Assembly: GCA_034520965.1 (NCBI GenBank)
Contig: JAXHMY010000007.1
Location: 1 to 64,000 of the forward strand
Origin: Spirochaetia bacterium
GTDB lineage: Bacteria; Spirochaetota; Spirochaetia; DSM-16054; Sediminispirochaetaceae
DNA: 64,000 nt
Direction: 5' to 3'
In this document: positions 53,150 through 64,000 of the stretch, in pieces
How the letters are laid out: the number at the start of each line of letters is the position of its first letter
Numbering within the stretch: position 1 is the first letter of the stretch
Position numbers and translations under genes: made by a program
The notes under the pieces: model-generated
Database searches by the model: none
Seen by the model: the letters and a program-made list of their open reading frames with translations, nothing else
Told to the model about the DNA's origin: nothing

Positions 53150-53608
53150 ATGAATCAGCTTACAACGGGAGACACAGCTCCCGATTTTTCACTTTTGGAT
53201 CAAGGAGGGAACCGTATCAGCCTCTCAGATTACCGTGGGCAGAAGGTCCTCCTCTATTTTTACCCAAAGGCCGACACCCCCGGCTGCACCAAACAGGCCT
53301 GCAGCATAAGAGACTCATGGGCGGAGCTTAAAGAGAAGGGGGTTGTACCGATTGGTATTAGTGGGGATAAACCGGCGGCCCAGCAGAAATTTGATGCCAA
53401 ATACAGCCTCGGCTTTCCCCTCCTATCGGATGCAGACCACGAGGCGGCCGACGCCTATGGGGTCAGGGGAGAGAAAAAGATGTTCGGTAAAGCTGTAATG
53501 GGCACTGTGCGTTCCTCCTTCCTGATCGACGAAGAGGGCCGCATCGTACAGGCCTGGTACAAGGTCAAACCTGAGGAGACAGTGCCAAAAGCGCTGGCTG
53601 CTTTGTAA
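53150..53608 (+). CDS. bcp: Peroxiredoxin Bcp
   Basis: YFYPKADTPGCTKQAC; RSSFLIDEEG. Confidence 0.92.
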   Translation: MNQLTTGDTAPDFSLLDQGGNRISLSDYRGQKVLLYFYPKADTPGCTKQACSIRDSWAELKEKGVVPIGISGDKPAAQQKFDAKYSLGFPLLSDADHEAADAYGVRGEKKMFGKAVMGTVRSSFLIDEEGRIVQAWYKVKPEETVPKALAAL

Positions 53609-53669
53609 GATAGCAAGCATGAAAAAACCCGGGCCTTTAGCCCGGGTTGGTTGCTTCTGTAAAAATATA

Positions 53670-55029
53670 TTACGAGGGTATTGGAGCATATAATCCAAGC
53701 TCATCTCCTTCCGAACCAACCGGCCGGTAAGCTTTCCAGTCGGAGCCTTCTATATCCTTGAAACGTATTATCCTGTTGGGACTTTCAACCGGAAAACCAT
53801 CAATATATTCTGCATTATCATCAGTTAGGTAAATGTGTTCCGCGGTAGTGGCCAAAAAACGGGTGGGTCCGTAAAACTCTCCTAGCTGATCCGCAGTTTC
53901 ACCTGAGGTGAAATCAACAACCCTTCCAAAGGAATCAACGTATTGGAGTTCCTTGGTTAGTTTTATTATTACATTACCGGAAGAGCCTCCGATATTTGTA
54001 AGGTAGAGATGGTTGTTTTTGACCAGCAAGTCCATATTGAAAAGGCTTGATATAACATTTTGATCGTTGTAGGTTGCTATTACCCGGTTGCCGGCAGTTC
54101 TCTGAGGATCATACTTGAAAATGGTCGGCTGTGAAGACTGGTCTTGACCTGCAAAATACAGATACCCCTCATCATCTGCCGCTAGACCAAACAGGCTGAC
54201 ACTACTATCTCACTCTCCTGCCACAATTCAAATGTATCAGTACCGACCGCTATGTCTGATACATCTTGGGTCACGTGTATAAATTTTATAGCCGAACCCT
54301 CTCCAGGCTGACCGATATAGAGATAGTTGTTCGTACGGTCAAAAGCGATGGCTGAACCGGAAACTTCGGGGTCGTAATCTGGCGCTGATGATGTAATATC
54401 GTTGATCATAATAATTGGATAATACTCAGAATAAGGACCATAATAGGAAATCCAAATTCTTCCCTGATTGTCCAGAGCTGTATCGTAGGGATAATCAAGG
54501 CCAAGTTCTGTCGTATTCCACTGGTCGGAAGTTAAAGAGTTCACATCCTCAGACACATCAAGATTGCTTACCTGAACTATTGTTCCGGGAGATGTGACGT
54601 AGATCCGGGACAACTATCTTCGTATCCTTTGGCCCCATCGTGAAATCGAGTTCTGTTTCTTCTCCTTCTACAAGGTCCGCATAGCGGGTCATGCCCCAGC
54701 TGTACACATGGCTGGTAGCTGAGTCTTGGTTGGCAGCTTCTACCTCGAACTTCACATCATCTCCAGGCGGAAGGAAAAACTCTACGCTGCTGTCCGAGGG
54801 AGTGACGGTTACACTCTCGCTGATAATCTTGTCCGGTTACACGTATGTTTACTTCAGTTACGTCGCTCTGCAGGCCCATTACACTCAATTTTGGATTAAC
54901 TGAGCCCTCAGTCATATCCGTTGTAAATGAGCAGGCCCCGGCGAGAAGCAGCAATGACCCGAGCGTGCCGAACAACAGGGCTCGGGCTATTCTATTTTCC
55001 CTTATATATGGTTTTTTTGTTAAATTCAT
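53670..55029 (-). CDS. Lipoprotein, possible beta-propeller, several frameshifts
   Basis: Lipobox LLAGAC in 54757..55029; consecutive minus-strand fragments down to 53670. Confidence 0.55.
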
Positions 55030-55040
55030 AATTTTCCTCC

Positions 55041-55712
55041 TTATTCCCAGGCGAGGTTCAGAATTACTCGTGAATAGTCGCTTACTTGAGAGCCGCCGTC
55101 TTTTACAATCCCTCCGTCTCCCGATAAGCTGCTTATTACTTCAAATTGGCCGTTTAGCAGGGTCTGCTGGGAATTCGAGGGCGCTGAATATCCGTCGGTG
55201 CTGCTCTCTTGCCCCGCGCTTACCCCGCGGTTTTGTCCGACCCTGTTGCTTAATACGACGGTACCCTCGGTAACCCATAGGGTGAAACCGTCGAAAACAA
55301 AACTTGTTCCGCGCACAGCGGCCGTCGAGACTGGACTGCGGAGCTTAAAGTTGTTGCGCAGGCCTTTGGTGGACCGTACATTTGCTTCGACCTTTCCCAC
55401 CTCGAGAAACAGGTCGGTGTCTAGGCTGTCGCTGTTTTCTACAATCTGCTCCAGCTGCATTCGGGTTAGGGCTTTTACCTCAAGGGTACTCTCGCCTAGC
55501 TCGAGTACCGCCTTCGAGTTGAATCCGGTGGAAATATACGTGTTACGGGATATGTTCCCCCCGGAGGCGGCCCGCTGCCATTGGCCTCCCGGTTCTTTTA
55601 TTTCCACTTTGCCTTCGGTGCTTCGGACTACCGCATCAACGGCAAACAGCGGGATGGCTGCGGCAAAGAGCAGCAAAAAGGTAATACTTAATAAGGTTTT
55701 ATATGTTTTCAT
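55041..55712 (-). CDS. FecR-domain secreted protein
   Basis: Signal peptide; ISTGFNSKAVL, SPVSTAAVRGTSF, VTEGTV. Confidence 0.8.
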   Translation of the reverse strand: MKTYKTLLSITFLLLFAAAIPLFAVDAVVRSTEGKVEIKEPGGQWQRAASGGNISRNTYISTGFNSKAVLELGESTLEVKALTRMQLEQIVENSDSLDTDLFLEVGKVEANVRSTKGLRNNFKLRSPVSTAAVRGTSFVFDGFTLWVTEGTVVLSNRVGQNRGVSAGQESSTDGYSAPSNSQQTLLNGQFEVISSLSGDGGIVKDGGSQVSDYSRVILNLAWE

Positions 55713-55730
55713 TAGAATTTTCCTCCTAAA

Positions 55731-57053
55731 TTAATAGGTAAATGAAATATCCAAACGGCCGACCGCCTCTATTTCGGATCTGCTGTTTGCAAACGGGCTG
55801 TTGTTGGAGTAGTTATTGGGCATGAATACTCCCCCGCTAAGGGTAATACCTAAATCTGAAAAGGGGCGGTAGTTCAACCGCAGGTCTGCTTCGCTTCCTA
55901 AATACTGTTGGTCTGATGTAGTGCTGACTCCCGGTTCCGAGATTGCGCCGGTGGTGCTGCGGATAAAGCTCAAGGCACTTAGCTCGAGCTGCAGTTCTCC
56001 GGCATACACGGAGGAGAGGGGTTTTATCGAGTAAGAAAACTCTCCGACGCTTATGTTTCCCGGGCTGGGTGAAAAGGCAATGCCGAATTGTTCGCTATGG
56101 GACAGGGGAATAAAGTGGTTTGAATAGTCTGAACCGTTGTACCCGCCGTAATAGCTTCCCTGTTCCGGATCACCGGAAGAGTAGAACCCCGCCAGTTTGA
56201 ACCGGGAATAGTTAAGATCCTCCATATAATATGTGAATTCTCCTCCCGCCAAGTAGGCCAGGGTGCTGTACGCCCCGTGGCCGTAGTTGAGGAATCCGTA
56301 AAAACGGTGGTACAAGTCCCTGCTCATGGACCCTGCAATTCCGATTCCGAAATATTCGGTAAAAATACGATCCTCTGAGGTCAACAGATCGCTCTCCTGC
56401 TGTAAATCTTGTTGCGCAATAAAGCTTACATGTACATCCTGTTCCAGCAGCAGCTGCGGGAAGGCAATTGCAAAGCGCCCAATAGTTTTTGGGGGAGCCT
56501 TCTGATATCCGTGGTCAGGTGCACTTAGATGAACTCCTATATCGCTCTGGGTAACCAGTATCCGGGAGTTGGGAACAAAGGTAAGGCCGGTATAGCCGGC
56601 ACCTGCGGATATGGTTCCCCACGGGAGTTCAGCCTCTATTTCCCCTCCATCCAAATTGTGATCAAGCACATACTCTGTAAAGTCTGCAAAATTAAACCTT
56701 CCGAGTCGGTAGCTTATTCGTGAAGTGAGTGTTCCTGTGAATACAAACTGATTAATATCGGCGAAATAGGTACGGTCAAGGTTGAATTGGTATTTGGCCT
56801 CGGTTCTCAGAGAGGCGTTTTCGGAAAACCGGGTTTCGAACCATATACCGGCCTCAAGGTCCTGCTGATAATCGGTTTCACCGTCCCACTGCAGTTCGCT
56901 GGAGCTTTCTGCAAAACCGCCCCAATCAAAAAGTGTCTGGCCTGAAACAGGCTGGGGATTCATACCGATGAGTATAAGAAAGGCGGCGGCTATAAATAAG
57001 CTGGTATTTCTGTGTTTCCTGATAGTTTTACTCATGCCGATTCCTCCTTCCAT
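55731..57053 (-). CDS. Putative outer-membrane beta-barrel protein
   Basis: Signal peptide; alternating aromatic/Gly beta strands; C-terminal ...ISFTY. Confidence 0.6.
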   Translation of the reverse strand: MEGGIGMSKTIRKHRNTSLFIAAAFLILIGMNPQPVSGQTLFDWGGFAESSSELQWDGETDYQQDLEAGIWFETRFSENASLRTEAKYQFNLDRTYFADINQFVFTGTLTSRISYRLGRFNFADFTEYVLDHNLDGGEIEAELPWGTISAGAGYTGLTFVPNSRILVTQSDIGVHLSAPDHGYQKAPPKTIGRFAIAFPQLLLEQDVHVSFIAQQDLQQESDLLTSEDRIFTEYFGIGIAGSMSRDLYHRFYGFLNYGHGAYSTLAYLAGGEFTYYMEDLNYSRFKLAGFYSSGDPEQGSYYGGYNGSDYSNHFIPLSHSEQFGIAFSPSPGNISVGEFSYSIKPLSSVYAGELQLELSALSFIRSTTGAISEPGVSTTSDQQYLGSEADLRLNYRPFSDLGITLSGGVFMPNNYSNNSPFANSRSEIEAVGRLDISFTY

Positions 57054-57499
57054 TCAAGGACTTCCCTCAGAATGTAAAGTACTTCGGACCCAGATAAGCT
57101 TCGTCCGGGTAGCGCGCTGCCGCGGATAAAACCGCGATAGTGTGTTTCCCGGGCTGCATAGCGGGGACCTGGAAATAGTTTGTACATAACCCCGCCGGGT
57201 ATTTCAAAGGCGTGCATTAACAGTTGAGAGTATTGACCCAGGGTAATCGGCGCATCAGTTGAAACATGCGGCAAGTGCCATCTTTTGGAGTCGAAGCCTT
57301 CGGCTGCTGTCTGAGGGGAAATCTCTTCCGGGAGCTCCCCGGCGGCGGTCTGCACCATATATAATGCAGATGCGAAAGAAGCCTCTTCCTGGGCAAGAAG
57401 CTGATCAATAACCTGGTTAGATTGTGCCGGAACGAGACTAAGAGAGATTCCAAGTAAAAAGAGTATACTTAAAATGATGGTACTATTTTTTCTTAACAT
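57032..57499 (-). CDS. Hypothetical exported protein
   Basis: AAGGAGG RBS, signal peptide, LFPGPRYAARE motif. Confidence 0.65.
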   Translation of the reverse strand: MLRKNSTIILSILFLLGISLSLVPAQSNQVIDQLLAQEEASFASALYMVQTAAGELPEEISPQTAAEGFDSKRWHLPHVSTDAPITLGQYSQLLMHAFEIPGGVMYKLFPGPRYAARETHYRGFIRGSALPGRSLSGSEVLYILREVLEWKEESA

Positions 57500-57686
57500 G
57501 TAATCCTCCTTCTTATACATTACTAAAAATGTAATGTATAAGAAGGCAGATAACAACATCATCGCCCAAATTTTCAAAAAAATTCGGGCTGTGGCCGAAA
57601 TATGTTGGAAATTCCTCTTCTGGTAGAATTATGTCGGGATATGCATTAATATAAGACTATAAAATAAGCCCGGAGGGGACATACTA

Positions 57687-59421
57687 ATGACAAGTTCGAT
57701 AAACAACCTGATTCGTTTTATCTACGGTGATCAGCAAGGGGCTGATCTAGAAAAAAAAATCCATGCCCTGCTGATGAAAGCCGAGCACGATATTCAAGCA
57801 CCCACCCATCGCGGAAAGGGGGAGCTGCCCCTAGATAATACTGATGCCCTATTGATAACCTACGGCGACACTCTGTTACAGGAGGGCAAGCAGCCGCTTT
57901 CCAATTTACGGGATTTTGCCGATGCAAAACTGCGGGATATTTTCAGCGGTATTCATATTCTCCCCTTCTTTCCATACTCTTCCGACGACGGGTTTTCCAT
58001 TATCGATTACTATTCGGTCAACCCGCAGCTGGGAAGCTGGCAGGAGATTCGAGAGATAGGCAGCGTCTTCAAGCTGATGTCGGATTTAGTGTTGAACCAC
58101 TGCTCGGCACAGAACGAATGGTTCCAAAAGTTTCTGCACGATGACCCGCACTATAAAGAGTACTTTATTACCCAGGATAAGGATGCCGATTTATCGATGA
58201 TAGTCCGTCCCCGTACCCATCCCCTGTTAACACCCTTTGAAACCGACCACGGTACCGAATATGTATGGACCACCTTTAGCGCCGACCAGGTCGACCTCAA
58301 CTTTGCTAACCCTGAGGTGCTGTTAGAGATGATCAAGGTGATGCTGTTCCACATTAAGAACGGTATTCAAATTATCCGTCTGGATGCAATTGCCTATCTC
58401 TGGAAAGAGCTCGGACATCCGAGTATCCACCATGAAAAGACCCATGCCGCGGTAAAGCTGTTTCGGGCTATTCTCAATGTTGCGGCCCCCTGGGTGGTAG
58501 TAATTACCGAGACCAATGTACCCCATGCGGAAAATATCAGCTACTTTGGAAACTCTGATGATGAGGCGCACATGGTGTATCAGTTCAGTCTTCCGCCGCT
58601 GGTTCTGGATGCCTTCAGGCGTGAAGATACCCGGCATCTTCAGCAGTGGGCCTCGGAACTGCAGGATACTCTTGGCACGACTACTTTTTTCAATTTTCTG
58701 GCCTCCCACGACGGGATTGGACTGCTGCCTGCCAAGGGAATCCTCTCGGAAGAAGAGATTGAGGGGCTGGTAGAAAATACCCGTGAGCAGGGCGGGTTTA
58801 TCAATTATAAATCCACGCCGGAGGAGAGGTTCCCTCACGAGATGAATATCACCTACCTCGATGCCCTTGCCGGACCAAGATGTACCGGCCAGTGTGCGGG
58901 CACGCAAGTTCCTTGCCGGTCAGGCGGTGATGCTTACTCTGCGGGGAGTGCCGGGTATTTATATTCACAGTCTGCTTGGATCAGAGAATTATAGAGAAGG
59001 GGTGGAGCAGACCGGTGAGAACCGAAGCATTAACCGGGAAAAGCTCTCCTATTCCGAGGTAATGACCGAGCTTAATACTCCGGGAACCCTGCGGAACCGG
59101 ATATTTAGCGGTTTTCAGGATATGCTGAAGGCGCGCCGCCGGGAGCAGGCCTTTCACCCCGCCGGCCGGATGGAGATTCTGCCGACGGAGAAGGATGCGA
59201 TGTGTATCCTGCGCATCTCTCCGGATAACACGGAATACGTTTTGGCCTTTATTAGTGTGAATCCCGGGCTTACCACCGTTGAAATACCGATTAATCTGCT
59301 GCCCAAGCCCTTAAAGACAAACTACACCGAGCTTATACGGGGAAACTCCTTTACTGCCGCGCTCACCCGGAATTCCCTCCGGTTTCAACTGACCGGTTTT
59401 GGGGTCTATTGGTTAAAATAG
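57687..59421 (+). CDS. GH13 sugar phosphorylase (sucrose/glucosylglycerate phosphorylase-like), frameshifted near 58860
   Basis: LITYGD, HILPFFPYSSDDGF, WTTFSADQVDLN, RLDAIAYLWK, ITETN, ASHDGIG, NRSINR. Confidence 0.88.
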
Positions 59422-59422
59422 C

Positions 59423-60713
59423 CTACCTGTCGCGAAACTGCTTACTGCCCCAGATTGAAGTGGTGAGATGGCGAAGCTTTGTTTCGAGTACGCTGTAGGA
59501 GTAATATCGTAGTCCTAAATTGTAATTTGTCTCGGCCATCCGGGCCCGTTTTTCAGGATCTTTCAATACCTTCCGCGTGTATTCGACAGTACTGTTGCTG
59601 ATGAAGTTGTCCATCTCGATCACATCAAAGCCCTTCGGTTTGATGTCGTGGGAGTAAATAGAGTAATTGTTCACCAAAATCGGTTTGCGATGATAAATAC
59701 CTTCCAAAAAGGCGTTTCCAAAGCCCTCTACAATTGAGGGGTAGGTAATTAGATCGGCATGGGGATAGATGTCTCCGAGGGTATACACCTTGCGCCCGTC
59801 GGGGGTCTGTCCGCGGTGATCTGCAATAATATCATCAACAAAAAGCGCGTGAATGCCCAGCAACTCGGCGTATTCCTTTACGCGGGTCTGATATTCATAG
59901 CCCTCATCACCGGAGGCGTGGCTGATAACCAGGGTTGCCTTCATTTTTAGGCGGGCCACCAGTTCAATTGCATGTTCAATGCCTTTACGCTGAACAACCC
60001 GGGTTGGTTGGAGGATAAGCAGCTCGTCCTCGGCAATTCCCAAGGCCTGCCGTACATCGTTATTGTAGGGGTCCTTCCCGTCGGGCGGGTTTTCAAAGTC
60101 CATCACATTTGGAATCAGGGTAGAGGCAATACCGGTTCGCAGGGCAAGTTGATTCTGGGCAGAGCTGTTAATCACCACATGCTGAACCGACTTGAGGTGT
60201 GGAGGGTAGGCGGCATTGAAGTAATCCCACACACAGTTTGTAAGAAAGCGTTTCCTTTCCCAGAAGAAATCGTGGTGATGGGCAATAACCGGCATGCCGG
60301 TTTCTGCAATTACTTCGAGTAAGGGCCAAGCCCAGGGGCAGGTTGAGGGGGATGGTAAGGGTGTTCTGCGGAATAAGTAGATCGATGTCAAAGTGCTCAA
60401 TAAAATCATAAATTTTCTTTTTCAGAATTTCCCGGTAACGATGCAGACCGTCGGTCAGTTCCCGCGGCCGGTCTTGTAGATCAAAACTCATGTTGTACAG
60501 TTTGACAATTTCCGGGTGCTTAAAGTGGGCTTCATCAACAATCAGGGACACTTCAGGCGGGGTGTCGAGTTCTCCGGCCATATAGTAGCAGTTGTAGTTA
60601 TGGCGCTCAAAAACTTCGGCCCATTTCTTAGTTTCCAGGGAGACCCCGTCTGTCCCCGATATCCGAAAGGAGATAAAACCAACATTTTTCCCCGCTTTCT
60701 TTAACTTACTCAC
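59423..60713 (-). CDS. GT4 glycosyltransferase (mannosylglucosylglycerate synthase-like), frameshifted near 60330
   Basis: GTDGVSLETKKW, HHHDFFWER, QPTRVVQRKGIE, EGFGNAFLE. Confidence 0.8.
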
Positions 60714-60833
60714 TTATTCACCTCGTTTCATTTGTGTCTTTATCTTTGATCATGCCTTTTATTATAGATTGCAATTGGCAGGGGTCAAGAACTCTCTGGA
60801 AGAAAGTACGCATATCCTTTAAACTCGGCAGAT

Positions 60834-61439
60834 ATGAAAGATCAACAGCTAATGTGGAATGAATCGAGACGCGAGACTCTACTCGAAAGCCCTATTTTCA
60901 GTGTTCGTTCGATTCACAGACACGCTTCGGATGGGCGGGAGGGAGATTTTATCTGCCTGGATGCTCCCGACTGGGTGACTGTGGTGCCCCTCTTATCCGG
61001 AGACCAGGGAAACGACCAGGGAAACGACCAGGGAGGCAAGCAGAGGCCGCAGTTTATCATGGTTGAGCAGTTTCGGCATGGAAGCGGAAAAGTGACCTTT
61101 GAATTTCCAGCGGGAACCATTGACCCAGGAGAGGATCCCCGGGGGGCTGCGGAACGGGAACTGCTGGAGGAGACGGGATATACGGCGGGTTCACTCATTC
61201 CGCTGGGCAATGTTTCACCGAATCCGGCCTTTATGAATAACCGGGTGCATGTGTTTTTAGCTTACGATTTGGTGTGGCATAAAGAACAGGAATTGGATGA
61301 AAATGAACAAATCCACACTCATCTGGAACCGGTTGAGAAGGTGAGTCGGCAGATGGGAACCGGCGCATACGATAACGGGGTCATGGTTATTGCTCTGCAG
61401 TTTTTTTCGAGATATAAGCGGATGGATCGGATACAATAA
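60834..61439 (+). CDS. NUDIX hydrolase (ADP-ribose pyrophosphatase-like)
   Basis: EFPAGTIDPGEDPRGAAERELLEETGY Nudix box. Confidence 0.92.
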   Translation: MKDQQLMWNESRRETLLESPIFSVRSIHRHASDGREGDFICLDAPDWVTVVPLLSGDQGNDQGNDQGGKQRPQFIMVEQFRHGSGKVTFEFPAGTIDPGEDPRGAAERELLEETGYTAGSLIPLGNVSPNPAFMNNRVHVFLAYDLVWHKEQELDENEQIHTHLEPVEKVSRQMGTGAYDNGVMVIALQFFSRYKRMDRIQ

Positions 61440-61455
61440 TGAAGGCAGAAAAAAT

Positions 61456-61497
61456 AGGCGCCGACCGGATTCGAACCGGTGAATAAAGGTTTTGCAA
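61456..61497 (-). pseudogene. 3' half of tRNA-Cys(GCA); 5' half absent
   Basis: Minus strand TTGCAAAACCTTTATTCACCGGTTCGAATCCGGTCGGCGCCT gives anticodon loop, T-arm, acceptor 3' strand and U discriminator; upstream sequence forms no D-arm. Confidence 0.75.
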
Positions 61498-61671
61498 GTT
61501 CGAAACCATCGGTCCGGGCTTGCACGCAGTTAACATTTGGGTACATGCCGATCGCTATCCGGGAGGGTGTGCTGCACGGTCCGAGAATGTAAACTTTATA
61601 AACAAAATTGATGCGAATTCTCAATTTGGAAGTTTTTTGACTTCCAAATTGAGAATCGCTGCTTTAAAACA

Positions 61672-63022
61672 ATGAAGAAGTCGAAACGGCCGAAAATATT
61701 GTGTATACAGCCTCCCGTGTATGATTTTGCACTGTACGACCTCTTTTTTAAGCCCTATGGACTGCTGAGATTGGCAGGCTACTTGGAGCAGCAGGGGTAT
61801 CAAGTTGAGTTTATCAACGCCTTAGATTATCAAGAACCGTATACTCTTGCCGCGAAGGGGTTGCCGCGACGCAGGGCAAACGGTACGGGCAAGTTCCACC
61901 GGCAGCGTGCTCAACTGCCGCCGGGAATTCAAACTATTCCCCGTCAATACAGTCGGTATGGAGTGCTGCCGGAGGTCTTTGCGCAGCAGGTGGCCAAAAC
62001 ACAGCCGGATATGGTTTTGATTACTTCGCAAATGACCTATTGGTATCAAGGGCTGGCAGAGGCGGTTCGCGTGGTACGACAGGCTCATCCCTCCGTTCCG
62101 GTGGTGGTAGGCGGAATATATGCTACGCTTATGCCGCAGCACTGCCGTACTGTGACTGGAGCCGATGAGGTAGTCCTCGGTGAGGGCCTGTCTCAACTAC
62201 CGGGTCTGTTTGAAAAGTATAAACTGAATGCACCGAAGGCTTGGGACTGGACAACGGGGTGTCGTGCCGACTCTGTTCGGAGGCCGTGAAACCTGGGGAG
62301 ATGCCGGGCTTGTCAGGTTGAATGTCGGCTGTCCGTATCGCTGTACCTATTGCGCTTCAGCCATAATTGAACCACGATTTCTGCCGGGTGAGTACCGTCA
62401 GGTGTGGGAACAGATCCTTTACCTGCACCGGAAATTCGGTACAAAAAACTTTGCCTTTTATGATGATGCCCTGCTGGTGCACAAGGAAAAACTGCTGCTG
62501 CCCCTGCTGGAACTGATAATCCGCTCTGAACTTTCACTTCGCTTCTACACCCCTAACGCGGTACATATGCACTTTATCGACCGGGAAACGGCAAGACTTA
62601 TGCGAGCCGCCGGTTTCCAGGAGGTTCGCATAGGCTATGAATCGGCGGATGAACAGTTTCACCGCCGGCAGGATGGAAAATACACTCCCTGATGAAGTTG
62701 CCCGCGCAGTAAAGGCGCTGGCGAAGCGGCCGGGTTTCCAGAGGAATCCATTATTCTGTATGTTTTGGCAGGGCTTCCGCGGCAAAGTGCCTCCGAGGTA
62801 GAGGAGACCCTGCGGAAGGTAGAGCCCTTTGCTGTACGCGTTTCATTGGCCGAGTATTCGCCTGTGCCACAGACTGCCCTGTGGCAGGAGAGTGTAGCCG
62901 CTGCCCGTTTTCCGATTGCAGAAGAGCCCCTGTACCACAATAACTCCTTTTTCCCGATGGAATGGGAAGGGTTTACCCGCCGGCAGTTGGAAGCTCTGAA
63001 GCGAAAAACCTTGAATTGCTGA
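61672..63022 (+). CDS. B12-binding radical SAM protein, frameshifted
   Basis: QPPVYDF, VVVGGIYATL, GCPYRCTYC, FYDDALL, GYES; ORFs 61672..62289, 62228..62692 and 62765..63022. Confidence 0.85.
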
Positions 63023-63087
63023 TGCTATGCGCTATAGTGTTTTTATGTTATTATCTATGCATAGTTTTCTGATATAGAGGGGTTTCC

Positions 63088-64000
63088 GTGTACATACCAA
63101 CCGATAGAGTCTTTATTCGAAATACGGCTTCCTGTCTGCTTTTTTTTGTGCTCTTATCCCCTTTGTGGGGGCAGAACAATGATCAGAGTTACCAAGCTCT
63201 GCGTCCTGATACCCAGATAAGTGCATCGGTTCCGCTTTCCAAAGAGGGAGGGGGCTACAAAACCTTTACCTTTGAAGTTGAACCGGATACCTTTGCAGTG
63301 CAGCTGTCTATTTCCGAGGCTCCCGCCGATCTTGATTTGTATATCAAGCATAATGAGGATATACAGAGCTATGAGTTTGTTGATGCATATAGTGATTCCC
63401 AAGACTATAACGAAGTGCTCTTTCTGTCTAGCCTTTCCGACCCTCCTTTGAAGGAAGGCAAGTACTATCTCGATGTTGTCTATCCTAACGAGAATCCTTT
63501 CCCTTTCATCAATGGAATCGCTTACGAGGAAATTCCCTTTAAAATCGAGCTTGAAACCATATCAGCCGACAGGCATACCCGCCTGGAACCGGGCACATCT
63601 GTTGCCGGAAGGCGACTTACTCCCCGAAGAGGGTATGGCAACTAGCTATCTGGATTTGGAGCCGCGGAAGGATTAAGCAACCTCCGGGTTGATTTATTTG
63701 ATACGAAAGCCGATCTTGATCTGCTGATAGGCTACGAACAGCCGGTATTGACCTATGAAAATGCCGATTATCTGCGAGATGGCCTGATTGGCCGTGAAAG
63801 TATTGTATTGGATGGGTCTGAGGATGAGCCGGAACTGCCCGCCGGAACTTACTACATTACGGTGTACGATGCGGTTTCAAATGCCCGGGCCGAAGAGTTC
63901 AGCCTGCAAGTAAGTTTCCAAAGCGAACCGCCGGAACAGCTGCTGGCAATTCCTCGTTTCCCTCGCAGCGATGATGAGCTTCGGCAAGCTTTCTTTTCAA
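63088..64000 (+). CDS. Secreted protein with repeated PPC-like domains (partial, frameshifted)
   Basis: Signal peptide; ADLDLYI...GKYYL motif, repeated as ADLDLLI...GTYYI in the second frame. Confidence 0.6.

Noticed and set aside
61002..61035. 12-bp tandem repeat GACCAGGGAAAC (about 3 copies) in the NUDIX gene
   Set aside because: In-frame loop expansion (DQGN) with no sign of function.

Overview
Bacterial window that looks spirochaete-like (inferred from gene content and protein style, not a database match). Many genes, including housekeeping nifJ, are split by single-base frameshifts, which suggests long-read indel errors. The left flank (1-12.6 kb) has a sugar ABC transporter, a GH2 glycosidase, a regulator and two AAA_14/DUF4143 ATPases. 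About 12.6-39.8 kb is an accessory region downstream of a tRNA(CAT, probably Ile2). It is marked by several copies of the tRNA 3' end and contains no recognisable integrase. It carries toxin-antitoxin and defence genes (MNT-HEPN, AbiEi/AbiEii, a second AbiE-like pair next to a primase-helicase, IetAS-type AAA+S8 protease, DUF4258/DUF2283), a parA-RHH cassette, tcmP-DUF5131 and gene relics (VapC, IS21). The most notable part is 30.2-38.6 kb. A palindrome, TGTG(C/A)C-N7-GGCACA, sits just upstream of four transcription units: a WYL regulator with a DUF2779 dual nuclease; a secreted protein; a C-terminally truncated DnaE with a degenerate PHP domain; and a membrane protein / stand-alone DnaB C-domain / PD-(D/E)XK nuclease operon. 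This is a candidate undescribed WYL regulon built from replisome-derived parts. The right flank is core metabolism (MlaEFD, PFOR, Bcp, GH13 phosphorylase, GT4s, NUDIX, radical SAM) and includes an orphan 3' half of tRNA-Cys.
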